Assembly: GCA_963817915.1 (NCBI GenBank)
Contig: CAWFQL010000016.1
Span: forward strand, 205,690-269,689
DNA: 64,000 nt
DNA from: an uncultured candidate division Zixibacteria bacterium
GTDB taxonomy: Bacteria > Zixibacteria > MSB-5A5 > UBA10806
Reading direction: 5' to 3'
How positions within the stretch are numbered: the first letter of the stretch is position 1; every line of letters begins with the position of its first letter. Below, one piece after another: positions 9,360-18,861 of the stretch. The notes below the pieces were generated by a model. The model was not told the origin of the DNA. It saw only the letters and a list, made by a program, of their open reading frames with translations, and ran no database searches. The translations under genes were made by a program, and so were the position numbers.

Positions 9360-10235
9360 TTATCCCTGCAGATCGTCCAGTTCCTTATTGTTTACATCAC
9401 TTTGCCTGCCGGGAGCATCGAGAACTTTAAAGTGGTCCCTGCTGATAGCTCTTTTTAATTCCGCCAGGCTCATTTTAAATTCCCCTCCCTCATTCAAGAG
9501 GATGCTAATCTGCTCATTGAAAATATCGACTTTGATGATCTTCCCATCGCCGCGTTTGGTGGAACAGCGGGCTCCGGCCGGAGGATAAAGAGGAGCCACC
9601 TCTTCATAGAAATTCATTTCGTATTTCAAACAGCAAAGTAGACGCCCGCAATTCCCGCTCAGTTTTTGCGGATTTAGAGCCAGATTCTGAGAACGAGCCA
9701 TTTGTGTCGTAATTGTAGAAAAATCCTGAAGCCAACCGGCACAGCATTGTCTTTTGCCGCAAATTCCATAGCCATCTTTTCGCTTGGCCTCGTCGCGGAC
9801 TCCTATTTGGCGCAGTTCAATTCTTGTTCGATATGTAGCCGCCAGGTCTTTCACCAATTCACGGAAATCGACTCGTTTTTCGGCGGTGAAGTAAAATGTG
9901 ATTTTATTGCAATCGAATTGGTACTCGACATCGACCAGCTTCATCTTGAGATTATGCTTGGCAATAAATTTTAGACATTCATCATAGGTTTCTTCTTCTT
10001 TTTGCCTATTGAATATCATGCGATCATAATCAAAATCGGTTCCCAATCTTAGAATCTTCGGCAGTTCACCTTTCCGTTCGCATTCGGCGGAACCGGTTTT
10101 GCGAATAATCTTGCCATAGTCTTCGCCTCGTTCCGCCTGCACCACAACCTGGCTTCCCTTGGCGACCGGGAGATCGCTGAAATTGATGTAGCAATCTTTG
10201 CGATTGCCCTTAAATGCAACTATGTATGAATCCAT
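9360..10235 (-). CDS. PSP1-domain protein (YaaT/RicT family)
   Basis: RVDFRELVKDLA, RIELRQIGVRDEA, CG..CC, KLSGNCGRLLCCLKYE; holB-yaaT-metG synteny. Confidence 0.92.
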   Translation of the reverse strand: MDSYIVAFKGNRKDCYINFSDLPVAKGSQVVVQAERGEDYGKIIRKTGSAECERKGELPKILRLGTDFDYDRMIFNRQKEEETYDECLKFIAKHNLKMKLVDVEYQFDCNKITFYFTAEKRVDFRELVKDLAATYRTRIELRQIGVRDEAKRKDGYGICGKRQCCAGWLQDFSTITTQMARSQNLALNPQKLSGNCGRLLCCLKYEMNFYEEVAPLYPPAGARCSTKRGDGKIIKVDIFNEQISILLNEGGEFKMSLAELKRAISRDHFKVLDAPGRQSDVNNKELDDLQG

Positions 10236-10296
10236 AAATTAATTCCTTTATGAAACTCCGGCGATAAAATCCTTCTAATTACTTCGGCCTTTTAGA

Positions 10297-11484
10297 TTAA
10301 GGCAATTTATACTTTGGCATGGTCAGGTCTCGCATCGCCTGCGCGAATGATAAGTATAAAAACACCATTGCGCTATTCGCGGCGACATTATTCACAAGAC
10401 AAGCCCTGCTGGTTTCGGCATTGCAGCTGCTCCAGATATCAAGAACTTCTCGCTCCGGGCGGTTCAGCCGCTTCAAGTTACCTGCAATATCGGTATTAAT
10501 AAGATGATTTTCAAGGCCATTTTCGCCAATTAGATAAATGTCATGGATTATGGATTCAATTATTTCGAAATCCATCTTGATTTCATCGAATCCGATCTTG
10601 ATCCCGGCCTTAAGGTTGCCTGTATACGCGTTGTTAATATCGTATATAAGGGCATTCATAGGCGCACCGGAGAGCAATCGCGCAAAGAAGCCCACGATTT
10701 TGTCTCGACGATCCTTGATGTCGCTTTCGTGAAGACGGACAGACATGCCCAACGACCCACCGGAAGCACGGGCCAGGTATGACGCGTAATCATCCTGTAC
10801 ACCCAATTTTTCGATTAGGCTTTTTACCAGGATATCTTGGGGAACCGGCGGGACAGTTATTCGATGAGTACGCGAAAGCAATGTTGGAAATAGTAAATCC
10901 GGACGAGATGTCGTTAGAAGCAGATGAGTGTTTTCGGGCGGCTCTTCGACAGTTTTTAAAAACAGATCGGCGGCGCCAAATGCCATCTTATCGATATCAA
11001 GTATCGCCACCACCCTCCTGCCGCCTCGAAATGGCCGTCGGGTAAGGGCATGAATGAGATCTTTAATTACTTCGACCGGGATATTCTCTTTTTTCTCGAA
11101 ATCGAGTATGGCGTAGGGGTTTTCAAGTTTACTTTTTTTGAATAATTCTACTTCATCGCGGGTGTCCTCGGAATAGCGGGCGTTAGAGGAAACAGGATCG
11201 GAGAATGAGAATATGGTTACTTTTTTCGATTCGGGGCGAATATTCGGGAATGGAAACGCGAAAAGGAAATCGGGATGATAGAATCGAATCACATCTTTGC
11301 ATGATTGGCAATTTCCACAGGCCGAATGGTCATTCTCGCAAAGCAGGGCCTTGGTGAGCTCCATTATCAATGCGAACTTCCCGATTCCTTCAGGACCAAT
11401 CAGGAGTATTGATTGGCTCAGGCTGCCTTTTTGGGCAGAAGATATAAGATTGGCCGACAATTTATTCAGGTGGTCGAAAAGCAT
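10297..11484 (-). CDS. holB: DNA polymerase III subunit delta'
   Basis: GPEGIGK; Zn motif C..ACGNCQSC; HPDF; FLKTVEEPP; PTLLSR. Confidence 0.9.
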   Translation of the reverse strand: MLFDHLNKLSANLISSAQKGSLSQSILLIGPEGIGKFALIMELTKALLCENDHSACGNCQSCKDVIRFYHPDFLFAFPFPNIRPESKKVTIFSFSDPVSSNARYSEDTRDEVELFKKSKLENPYAILDFEKKENIPVEVIKDLIHALTRRPFRGGRRVVAILDIDKMAFGAADLFLKTVEEPPENTHLLLTTSRPDLLFPTLLSRTHRITVPPVPQDILVKSLIEKLGVQDDYASYLARASGGSLGMSVRLHESDIKDRRDKIVGFFARLLSGAPMNALIYDINNAYTGNLKAGIKIGFDEIKMDFEIIESIIHDIYLIGENGLENHLINTDIAGNLKRLNRPEREVLDIWSSCNAETSRACLVNNVAANSAMVFLYLSFAQAMRDLTMPKYKLP

Positions 11485-11485
11485 T

Positions 11486-12631
11486 TTATCGGAGCCATTC
11501 TCTGGGGTTTAATTGTTCTTTTTTATGGCGCACCTCGAAATGAAGCTTCGAGCCTTCAAGAGAACCGGAATCACCGGCCTCGGCTATTATATCCCCCGCA
11601 TTCACCCTATCGCCGACTTCGAATAGCACTTCGGACAAATTAGCGTAAAGGGTATAATACCCGTCCCCATGATCAAGAATTATAAATTGCCCATAACCCC
11701 GAAGCGAGCTGACATAAATTACAATCCCGTTGGCGGCGGCCCTGACATTAGCGCCATAATCTGCCTTGATATCGATACCGGGATTGGAAAGCTCGATGCC
11801 CCGTTTATCCTTAATTGTTCCGAAATCTTTTAGAATACCGCCTTCCACCGGCCATATTAACTTGCCTTTGCTTTCAGCAAGTCCCGGCAGGCCGGTGATA
11901 TTAACATCCTGCTCGCTGGCATTCTGGAGATTTTCTATGATTCCTTCGATCTCCTTGGCATCCTCTTCAAGACGGGATATCGACCTTTGCACTTCATTTT
12001 TATCTTTTCTGAGTTTATCAATCAATTTTTTTCGGGATTGTAATGATTGCTTTCTTAATTCCAATTCATTTTCGTTTTCGAGACGCATTTTCTCGAGAAG
12101 CGCGGCATTCTGCTCCATTTGCGAAAGACCGGACTTAATTGATTTAGATAAATTAATATAATTCAGCATTAGCATCTTATCATATTGAATTAGAGCCATA
12201 AAATTTTTATAAGCGACCAAAGCCGATGACGCATCTTGAGAAGTTAGAATCTGAAGCCAATCCTGTTCCTCGCCATTTTTATAAATATATCTCAGTCTGG
12301 CATTCAGAATATTTTTTTTCTCCATCCTGGTTTTTTCGGCGGACGACAATTCGACTTTTTGAGTTTCGATATTTCCGGAGACACGATCGATTTCGCGATT
12401 CAATTTCAAGAGTAATTGGCCGGACAATGTCATTTCCTGTTCGATATCGCGGAGCCGGCCGACCTCATCCTTTTCCTTATTCCCGAGTTTACTAAATTCC
12501 GTCCTTTTGGCATCGAGCTCAGCTTTAATAGTCTCCAACTGCTCCTGACGATCTTTGACTTCGGTCGCGCTAACAGTGTCAAATACCAATAGCAAGGTTG
12601 ATAGCAATAGAATTGGATATAGACGAGCCAT
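11486..12631 (-). CDS. envC: Murein hydrolase activator EnvC-like (coiled coil + degenerate M23)
   Basis: Signal peptide, long coiled coil, M23 domain with NPGIDI and YANL (metal His lost) and LHFEVR; downstream of ftsEX. Confidence 0.85.
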   Translation of the reverse strand: MARLYPILLLSTLLLVFDTVSATEVKDRQEQLETIKAELDAKRTEFSKLGNKEKDEVGRLRDIEQEMTLSGQLLLKLNREIDRVSGNIETQKVELSSAEKTRMEKKNILNARLRYIYKNGEEQDWLQILTSQDASSALVAYKNFMALIQYDKMLMLNYINLSKSIKSGLSQMEQNAALLEKMRLENENELELRKQSLQSRKKLIDKLRKDKNEVQRSISRLEEDAKEIEGIIENLQNASEQDVNITGLPGLAESKGKLIWPVEGGILKDFGTIKDKRGIELSNPGIDIKADYGANVRAAANGIVIYVSSLRGYGQFIILDHGDGYYTLYANLSEVLFEVGDRVNAGDIIAEAGDSGSLEGSKLHFEVRHKKEQLNPREWLR

Positions 12632-12633
12632 AA

Positions 12634-13492
12634 TTAGATTTTCATGTATCGTTTCGAGGCCACCATAGCCCCCAGCATTCCTAACAATAAACCTATTAGC
12701 AGAAATGCTATCACCTCATTGATTTCGAGAAACACGAGGTCTATCAAATTTTTGGAAATATACGCGATTGAATATTTGAGAAAGACAATTGCCAAAATCG
12801 AACCCAGCAGACCGACAATCCCGCCGAGCGACACAAATGGTGTCAAAATATAACTTCGCGTCGCGCCAACCAATTGCATCATTTCAACAGTTTTTCGCCG
12901 ATCTGTAATCGCAATTCTGACAGTATTGGCTACAATAAATATCGCCGAGAATGCCACAATAATAGCTATTGAAAGACCCAATTTTTCAATCGATTTCATT
13001 ATGGAATTCAAGCGATTGACCATTTTATTGGCAAAAACAACATCCTCGACTTCGGGCATTTTTTTTATTGTCGCAATCAATGAGTCTGAGTTGCCCGGTT
13101 CGAAAATATAATCGCTGACCCGTATTTCGAATGATGACGGAAGCGGGTTTTCCTCAAGTCCCTGTATCATTTCTGATCCGAATCGTTCCCTGATCTTGAA
13201 TAGCGCATCCTCTTTTGAAATAAATCGAACATCCCTTAACACCCTTAAATCCAGCCAACTGAGTTTGCATCGTCTGAATCATTTCGGGTGGTGGATTCCC
13301 AGCCAGGAAAACATCCATGGTCAGGCTGTTTTTAAGATCATCGATTGTTTTGGTTAAATTTTTCGATGCTATCCAAAGTATTCCAGGGATCATCATCGCT
13401 AAAAAGACTGTAAGCAATGTGCCAAATGACGATAACAACTCGAATCGAATTGCCCTTATAATTTCTGAAAAGACCCGCATCATGGATCTCAT
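12634..13492 (-). CDS. ftsX: Cell division permease FtsX, split by one extra base near 13233-13235 (probable sequencing error)
   Basis: ORFs 13154..13492 and 12634..13242 join as GFKGVK-DVRFISKEDA after removing one G; ENPLPSS, NTVRIAI, MQLVGAT..YI..PF motifs; 858 nt after correction. Confidence 0.9.
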
Positions 13493-14151
13493 TTGGCCTC
13501 CTGCTCCAACATGCCTGATACCAAATGCAATCGCCGATGTCCGAACTCAGTTGCCATCGCTACCTGATGAGTCGCAATTATAACTGTAGCGCCTCGGGTG
13601 TTAATTTCTTTAAAGAGACTGAATAAAGCTCGCGAGTTTTGCTCATCCAAATTGCCAGTCGGCTCATCAGCCAATAACAGCAATGGTTCATTGACAATCG
13701 CCCTCGCAAGCGCGACTCGCTGAGCCTCTCCACCGGAAAGCTGATGAGGATAGTTATTTCGCTTTGGCCAGACCCCCGCCAATTTCAAGGCATCATCGGT
13801 CTTCTTTTTTATCTCCTTGATCGGCCGTCCGACAACCTCGAGCGCCAGCGAAACATTCTCGAATGCATTCCGTTCGGGAATCAGCCGAAAATCCTGAAAT
13901 ACTATTCCCAGGCGTCGCCTCAATCTCGGTATTTGCCTTTTTTTAATTTTATCAAAATCAAATTTATCGAGAATAATATTGCCCTCGGTTGGCCGTTCCT
14001 CAAAATAAAGCAGTCTCAGTAATGTCGATTTCCCTGCTCCCGATGGTCCGGTTAGGAAAACCATCTCGCCTTTTTTAATAGAAAATGTGATTTTGGAAAG
14101 CGCAGCTAACCGTTCACCATAAATCTTGCTCACATTCCCAACATTCAACAT
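13489..14151 (-). CDS. ftsE: Cell division ATP-binding protein FtsE
   Basis: GPSGAGKS, GIVFQDFRL, LSGGE, LADEPTGNLD; start taken at ATG 14151. Confidence 0.95.
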   Translation of the reverse strand: MLNVGNVSKIYGERLAALSKITFSIKKGEMVFLTGPSGAGKSTLLRLLYFEERPTEGNIILDKFDFDKIKKRQIPRLRRRLGIVFQDFRLIPERNAFENVSLALEVVGRPIKEIKKKTDDALKLAGVWPKRNNYPHQLSGGEAQRVALARAIVNEPLLLLADEPTGNLDEQNSRALFSLFKEINTRGATVIIATHQVAMATEFGHRRLHLVSGMLEQEAK

Positions 14152-14159
14152 GATTTTTG

Positions 14160-14188
14160 AAGTTAAAGCATCCGGTCTCAAGCGTCAA
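14160..14188 (-). promoter_or_regulatory. Putative sigma-70 promoter of the ftsE operon, TTGACG-N17-TAACTT
   Basis: Exact 17-nt spacer; -10 ends 8 nt before ATG 14151; no SD. Confidence 0.55.
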
Positions 14189-14215
14189 GTGAATGTTTGA
14201 AGCAGCATCGTTCAA

Positions 14216-14350
14216 CGGGCGGCGTGTTTTATTTGACATGGAATGTCAAATTCAGCATGTAATACGGATCGTAAATTTGTGATTTGGCACGGATGGTTTT
14301 TCCGTATTGCATGCTTACCCGCCGAAGGCGGGAAAACACGCCGCCCGCCA
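14216..14350 (+). other. Highly structured ~135-nt element (four-way junction); ncRNA or MITE/REP composite
   Basis: 15-bp perfect terminal IR (14216-14230/14333-14347); hairpin 14231-14251; 15-bp stem 14254-14268/14301-14315 with one G-U; hairpin 14318-14332; followed by CCA. Confidence 0.5.
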
Positions 14351-14367
14351 GCCCTGCATTAATGCGA

Positions 14368-14396
14368 TTGACTTGTTTTGCAGGTCGATATAACTT
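14368..14396 (+). promoter_or_regulatory. Putative sigma-70 promoter of ilvC, TTGACT-N17-TAACTT
   Basis: Same -10 hexamer as the divergent ftsE promoter; ends 5 nt before ATG 14402. Confidence 0.55.
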
Positions 14397-14401
14397 TATA
14401 A

Positions 14402-15388
14402 ATGACTATGGCGGAAAGATCTAAAACGTTAATAAAATTTTTGAAGACAAAAAAAATAGCCATAATCGGCTACGGCTCTCAGGGACGAGCGCAGGCCTTG
14501 AATTTGCGCGATTCGGGAGTAATACCGATTATTGGCCTGCCAGCATCGAGCAAATCCAGAAAAATAGCAAAGAAAGATGGATTAGAAGTAATTTCGCCTC
14601 GGGAGGCGATTGAGATCGCAAATATTGCTGTAATTCTTATCCCCGATCATAAACATCAAGAACTTTTTGAAGACTTGAAAAGGCCTGGCAAGTTGGCTGG
14701 CAAGGCTTTGATATTCGCGCATGGCTTTTCGGTAACATTCAAAACAGTCAGGCTTCCTCGAGAATGCGATATTATTCTGGTCGCTCCTCATGGCCCGGGA
14801 TTAAGACTTCGAGAAAAGTATCTGGATAGCGAACCATTCACAGCTTTTGTCGGAATTTATCAGAATTATTCGGGCGAGGCATTGAAGATTGCAAGGGCGT
14901 ACGCGGCAGCTATCGGGATTCCGGCAAAATTCTTATTCAAATCATCATTCAAGGATGAAGCCATCGGAGATATATTCGGCGAACAGGCCGTTCTTTGCGG
15001 AGGGCTGGTTGGGTTGATGGAATCCGGGGTTGAGACACTTATAAAAAAGGGGCTGTCTTCCGAATCCGCCTACCTCGAATGCATATATCAACTCGATTTG
15101 ATAGTCGATCTAATTAAAAAATATGGTCCCGCAGGCATGTTCGAGCGAATCAGTAAGACCGCGGCATTCGGATCATTGAAAAACAAGAATAGACTATTCG
15201 ACAGACAGATGAAACAAAAAATGGAAGTGCTCTACTCCGAAATAAAATCGGGCAAATTCGCAAAAGCCCTTTCATCCGAAAGCAAAAAAGGGATGAAAAA
15301 CTTTAATCGCGATTTAAATAATTATAAAAAATCGGTACTTCAAAAAACTCATATACTATTGACCAAAAAGCTTAAAAACCGGGATTGA
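14402..15388 (+). CDS. ilvC: Ketol-acid reductoisomerase (short type)
   Basis: IIGYGSQGRAQALNLRDSG, AHGF, DIFGEQAVLCGG, AYLEC motifs. Confidence 0.93.
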   Translation: MTMAERSKTLIKFLKTKKIAIIGYGSQGRAQALNLRDSGVIPIIGLPASSKSRKIAKKDGLEVISPREAIEIANIAVILIPDHKHQELFEDLKRPGKLAGKALIFAHGFSVTFKTVRLPRECDIILVAPHGPGLRLREKYLDSEPFTAFVGIYQNYSGEALKIARAYAAAIGIPAKFLFKSSFKDEAIGDIFGEQAVLCGGLVGLMESGVETLIKKGLSSESAYLECIYQLDLIVDLIKKYGPAGMFERISKTAAFGSLKNKNRLFDRQMKQKMEVLYSEIKSGKFAKALSSESKKGMKNFNRDLNNYKKSVLQKTHILLTKKLKNRD

Positions 15389-15572
15389 TACTATTATTAT
15401 CCGGAAGTTTATGCGGATGATGGCCGCCCGATAATCTGGCATTTTGTACAACCTGTGAATATCCTGCAAGATCCATCAAGCAATGCTGGCATAGCGGCAA
15501 TGGATCTGTTTCCTTGTAGGGTGTCCCGCAATTGGAACATATTCTTTTTACACGATCATGTTTTAACGCCAT
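15372..15572 (-). CDS. Small hypothetical zinc-ribbon protein
   Basis: 66 aa with CSNC...CQHC; GGAG RBS; overlaps the upstream small ORF. Confidence 0.55.
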   Translation of the reverse strand: MALKHDRVKRICSNCGTPYKETDPLPLCQHCLMDLAGYSQVVQNARLSGGHHPHKLPDNNSINPGF

Positions 15573-15724
15573 ATTCTACTCCAATCATCGCCCGTCCACT
15601 GCGGACGAATCTGCGTATCCCCGACTAATTTTGTACCGCAGTCAGGACAATGATAATACTTTTTTTCCTTTATCATTTCCTGGCCACAGGCGGGGCATTT
15701 CTTTTTATTTTTCCTAAGTCTCAT
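15563..15724 (-). CDS. Small hypothetical zinc-ribbon protein (53 aa, below the ORF-track cutoff)
   Basis: Manual translation MRLRKNKKKCPACGQEMIKEKKYYHCPDCGTKLVGDTQIRPQWTGDDWSRIWR; starts 1 nt after the stop at 15726. Confidence 0.65.
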   Translation of the reverse strand: MRLRKNKKKCPACGQEMIKEKKYYHCPDCGTKLVGDTQIRPQWTGDDWSRIWR

Positions 15725-15725
15725 A

Positions 15726-16055
15726 TCACGAATCCATTTGAAATTTATGCGAAAACAATACTATCGCTACTCCGAGCCCTGTGAATGGCAAAAGCCCCCA
15801 AAATGAGAATGATGTGAAATAGGCAACTATTCCAGCCACAATAGCAGCTCCTGCCGCTATTGTAATCGACCATTTAATGAGGGGCTTAATTATCACCAGT
15901 ACTAAAAGGAACATGATCCCGATAAAAACCCATTCGAGCTGATTCTCGGCCAAATTCTGCACGTAAGGAATTTGCCTTAAAAGCCAGATAATCATCTTCT
16001 TGAATTTCTCGAATTGCTCTATTGCGACATTAAGCAGCCAGGAGTACCGTTCCAT
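15726..16055 (-). CDS. Hypothetical membrane protein (about 3 TM)
   Basis: GGAGG RBS; hydrophobic segments; tightly packed in a small operon. Confidence 0.75.
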   Translation of the reverse strand: MERYSWLLNVAIEQFEKFKKMIIWLLRQIPYVQNLAENQLEWVFIGIMFLLVLVIIKPLIKWSITIAAGAAIVAGIVAYFTSFSFWGLLPFTGLGVAIVLFSHKFQMDS

Positions 16056-16060
16056 GGTTT

Positions 16061-16276
16061 TCAGTCCTCCACCGGCTCTATTGTCAGGCTTGATTCGCCG
16101 ACCTTGCTCAGGCCAGTCATCTTATCTGTCAGGAAAGTCTGCGAGGAAATCCATTGCTGTGACATTTCAAGAACCTGATCCTGGCTAACCTCGTCGACCC
16201 AGTCTAAGATCATGTTGTCAATTGAGTTACCATTGACAATGAGGTCTTCCATGCTCAACGTGAATCTCATCTTCAT
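16061..16276 (-). CDS. Small acidic hypothetical protein (71 aa)
   Basis: GAAGGGGG RBS before ATG 16276 (MKMRFTLSMEDL...). Confidence 0.7.
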   Translation of the reverse strand: MKMRFTLSMEDLIVNGNSIDNMILDWVDEVSQDQVLEMSQQWISSQTFLTDKMTGLSKVGESSLTIEPVED

Positions 16277-16647
16277 ACTTCCCCCTTCGTTTGAGTTCTG
16301 CCCTAATGAAAACAAAGGGTATGCCTCGCCCTGACATGGCCACAAAAACGTTGCAGGAAACCGGCCATTTTGTTGTTATGCAACGACTTACGATTGAAAC
16401 ATGGCTGTGACAGGCATCATCTGCTGTTCAAAAAATGGTCAATTAATATTGGGGGTATCCCATTAAGTGATGGAATAACTCAAGTATTTTTGTCGATATT
16501 AATTGGGAGGCGAATATTATTCCTAAAATATGCCAAATAGGAATTATTAGTTTTGATTGTGCAGGTAACTATATTATATTAATTTTCAGCGAGTGGTGAG
16601 CTCAAGCTAAACAAGCTTCTTGAGGGAAAAAAATAAATTTTAATAAA

Positions 16648-18744
16648 ATGAGAAGAAATATTATTACGGCAATATCAATTGCCTTCAGCATTATAGTTTT
16701 AGCATCCCCGGTAAGGGCATTTGATCCCTCCGGACTTCTGGAAATCCGCTACATTAATGTTGGATGGGGCAGTTCGATCCTTGTAATTGGACCTGACGGC
16801 ACTACTATTCTTATGGACGGCGGAAGTGATGGCAAAGGAAATTCCAGAATTATCCCATATCTGCAATCAATCGGTCTTACGCCATCGGATGATCTTGACT
16901 ATATGATCGCAAGCCATCAGCATTCGGACCATATAGGCGGCCTGGATGAAGTAATTTACGGCGGTTACGATGTCCTCAACGCGGTCTATTACAACGGCAG
17001 CAATTATAGCAATAGCTACGTCACGGCATTCAGAAACGCCGCGGCGACAACAACGGCAGGGCCAATACGCATATTCCCCCTGGGCTCATCGATTCAGCTG
17101 GGCGACAGCGCCACTGCTACCTGTGTCTGCCAGGATGGTACTGTTATCGGTCATGGTCTCGTGCCGGGCTCAAGAACAGATGAAAACGATCGCTCATTGG
17201 CTATTCTGATAAAATATAAAAACTTCGAATATCTTTTTGCGGGAGATATGGGCGGCGGCAATACTGACCAGTCATGCACCGGCAGATCCACCAGCCAAGC
17301 CAATGTTGAAACTCCATTAGCCCAGGCAATCACTCCGGGCGGGGAATTCCCACTGCTCACAAGTAATGGAGTCGAAGTCCTTCATGTCAACCATCACGCC
17401 AGCGAAAGCTCTACAAATAGCGATTACATGAATCTTTTAAAACCGGCGGTCGCCTGTATTTCAGTAGGCGCAGGTCAATCTCCTGACTATATGTTCCCCA
17501 GACATGATGTAGTCGATAATGTTCTGCGGGCCGAAGCATATTGTATTACTGCCGATCCCGCTATCGTGCTTCAAAATGAAGAAGGATATCCGGCGGGAAG
17601 CCTGACCAGTTATTCGGGATATTGTGTTGGTAATATAATTATCAAAACCGCAGGTGTTAGTACTTTTATAATTGATGGTGACGGCGCTGTAACGGAAGGC
17701 CCCGACGAGAGAGCCGCCCTCGGAATGCCGCGGACAATTCCTCTCGACGGCACGACAGGTGACACGATCCCGCCGGCAGTGACTGTCAATTCTCCCAATG
17801 GCAGCGAACAATGGTTGGTTGGCTCTCAGCACCCAATCCTCTGGACTGCGACAGATGCCGGTGGCGTCGCTCAATACGGAGTCGAATATACCACGAATTC
17901 CGGTTCCAACTGGCTTTCACTGAGAACTTTCGGCCCCGGAAACCCCGGTATCTTCAATTGGACAATACCATCGACACCATCTGTGAATTGCAAGGTTCGC
18001 GTGACATGTGCCGATTCATCTGGAAATTCCACTAATGATATTTCCGATGCCGCTTTTACAATATATGCCTCGCAGGATACGGCTTATCCAGTAGTCAATG
18101 TTGTCTTCCCAAATGGCGGAGAAATATTGAGTCCCGGAGATATCGATACTATCATGTGGACCGCCACCGATGACGCAGGTGTCGACTCATACGCTCTAAG
18201 TTATACAATTAATGGAGGCAGTTCTTGGATTACTATAATTTCCAGGACGGCTGGCAATCCTCAGGTTTACGCCTGGACTATCCCAAGTGTCAATTCGGCC
18301 AACTGTAAAGTCAGGGTGATGGTGTGGGATACTGCCCAGCATATATCATTGGATGTTTCCAACGCCGTATTTTCAATCACGCCGGTCGATCACCGGCCAC
18401 CGCTTGTCAATATTTCCTCGCCTAATGGAGGTGAAAGCTTCTTTGTTGGCGGCAATCATTCGATCAATTGGACAGCTACCGACTCGGTTGGTGTTGATTC
18501 GATTTCGATACAATATTCGATCGATAATGGCGCAAGCTGGACTATAATTCAGCCATTCACCCATAGCAATCCTGGAAGCTATAGCTGGAATGTGCCTGAG
18601 ACTCCGTCTCGTGTCGCATTGATCAGAATTAGCGCAAAGGATCCTTCGGGTAATATTGGAACCGATAATTCTAATTCAACATTTTATATCCGCAAATCGC
18701 GAGAGGATATAAAAGAGATGAAGACTATTCATCCTGCGCGATAG
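16648..18744 (+). CDS. Secreted ComEC/Rec2-type metallo-beta-lactamase-fold hydrolase with three Ig-like repeats
   Basis: Signal peptide; SHQHSDHIGG, END.S, FAGD, HH motifs; three ~100-aa repeats beginning PP/YP.V.V..PNG.E. Confidence 0.85.
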   Translation: MRRNIITAISIAFSIIVLASPVRAFDPSGLLEIRYINVGWGSSILVIGPDGTTILMDGGSDGKGNSRIIPYLQSIGLTPSDDLDYMIASHQHSDHIGGLDEVIYGGYDVLNAVYYNGSNYSNSYVTAFRNAAATTTAGPIRIFPLGSSIQLGDSATATCVCQDGTVIGHGLVPGSRTDENDRSLAILIKYKNFEYLFAGDMGGGNTDQSCTGRSTSQANVETPLAQAITPGGEFPLLTSNGVEVLHVNHHASESSTNSDYMNLLKPAVACISVGAGQSPDYMFPRHDVVDNVLRAEAYCITADPAIVLQNEEGYPAGSLTSYSGYCVGNIIIKTAGVSTFIIDGDGAVTEGPDERAALGMPRTIPLDGTTGDTIPPAVTVNSPNGSEQWLVGSQHPILWTATDAGGVAQYGVEYTTNSGSNWLSLRTFGPGNPGIFNWTIPSTPSVNCKVRVTCADSSGNSTNDISDAAFTIYASQDTAYPVVNVVFPNGGEILSPGDIDTIMWTATDDAGVDSYALSYTINGGSSWITIISRTAGNPQVYAWTIPSVNSANCKVRVMVWDTAQHISLDVSNAVFSITPVDHRPPLVNISSPNGGESFFVGGNHSINWTATDSVGVDSISIQYSIDNGASWTIIQPFTHSNPGSYSWNVPETPSRVALIRISAKDPSGNIGTDNSNSTFYIRKSREDIKEMKTIHPAR

Positions 18745-18861
18745 ACGCTCAATTATTTATCTTTTAATAGAACCATAATTCCCTAAATAAATTTCGTTGA
18801 ACTATTATAAATTTGTATCTTCTTTTGTGATTTCATTGTATAAATACTCAAGAAGATAGAT

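Noticed and set aside
8921-9458. 169-aa and 62-aa + strand ORFs
   Set aside because: Antisense to metG and the PSP1 gene; no recognisable features.
14210-14353. tRNA (GCCA end) or integron attC site (GTTCAAC at 14210)
   Set aside because: No T-loop, D-loop or anticodon arm; the right end reads GCCAGCC rather than GTTRRRY; no integrase or cassette array.
14216-14401. ilvC attenuator or T-box leader
   Set aside because: No T-box motif, leader peptide or U-tract seen, and the predicted ilvC promoter lies downstream of the structure.
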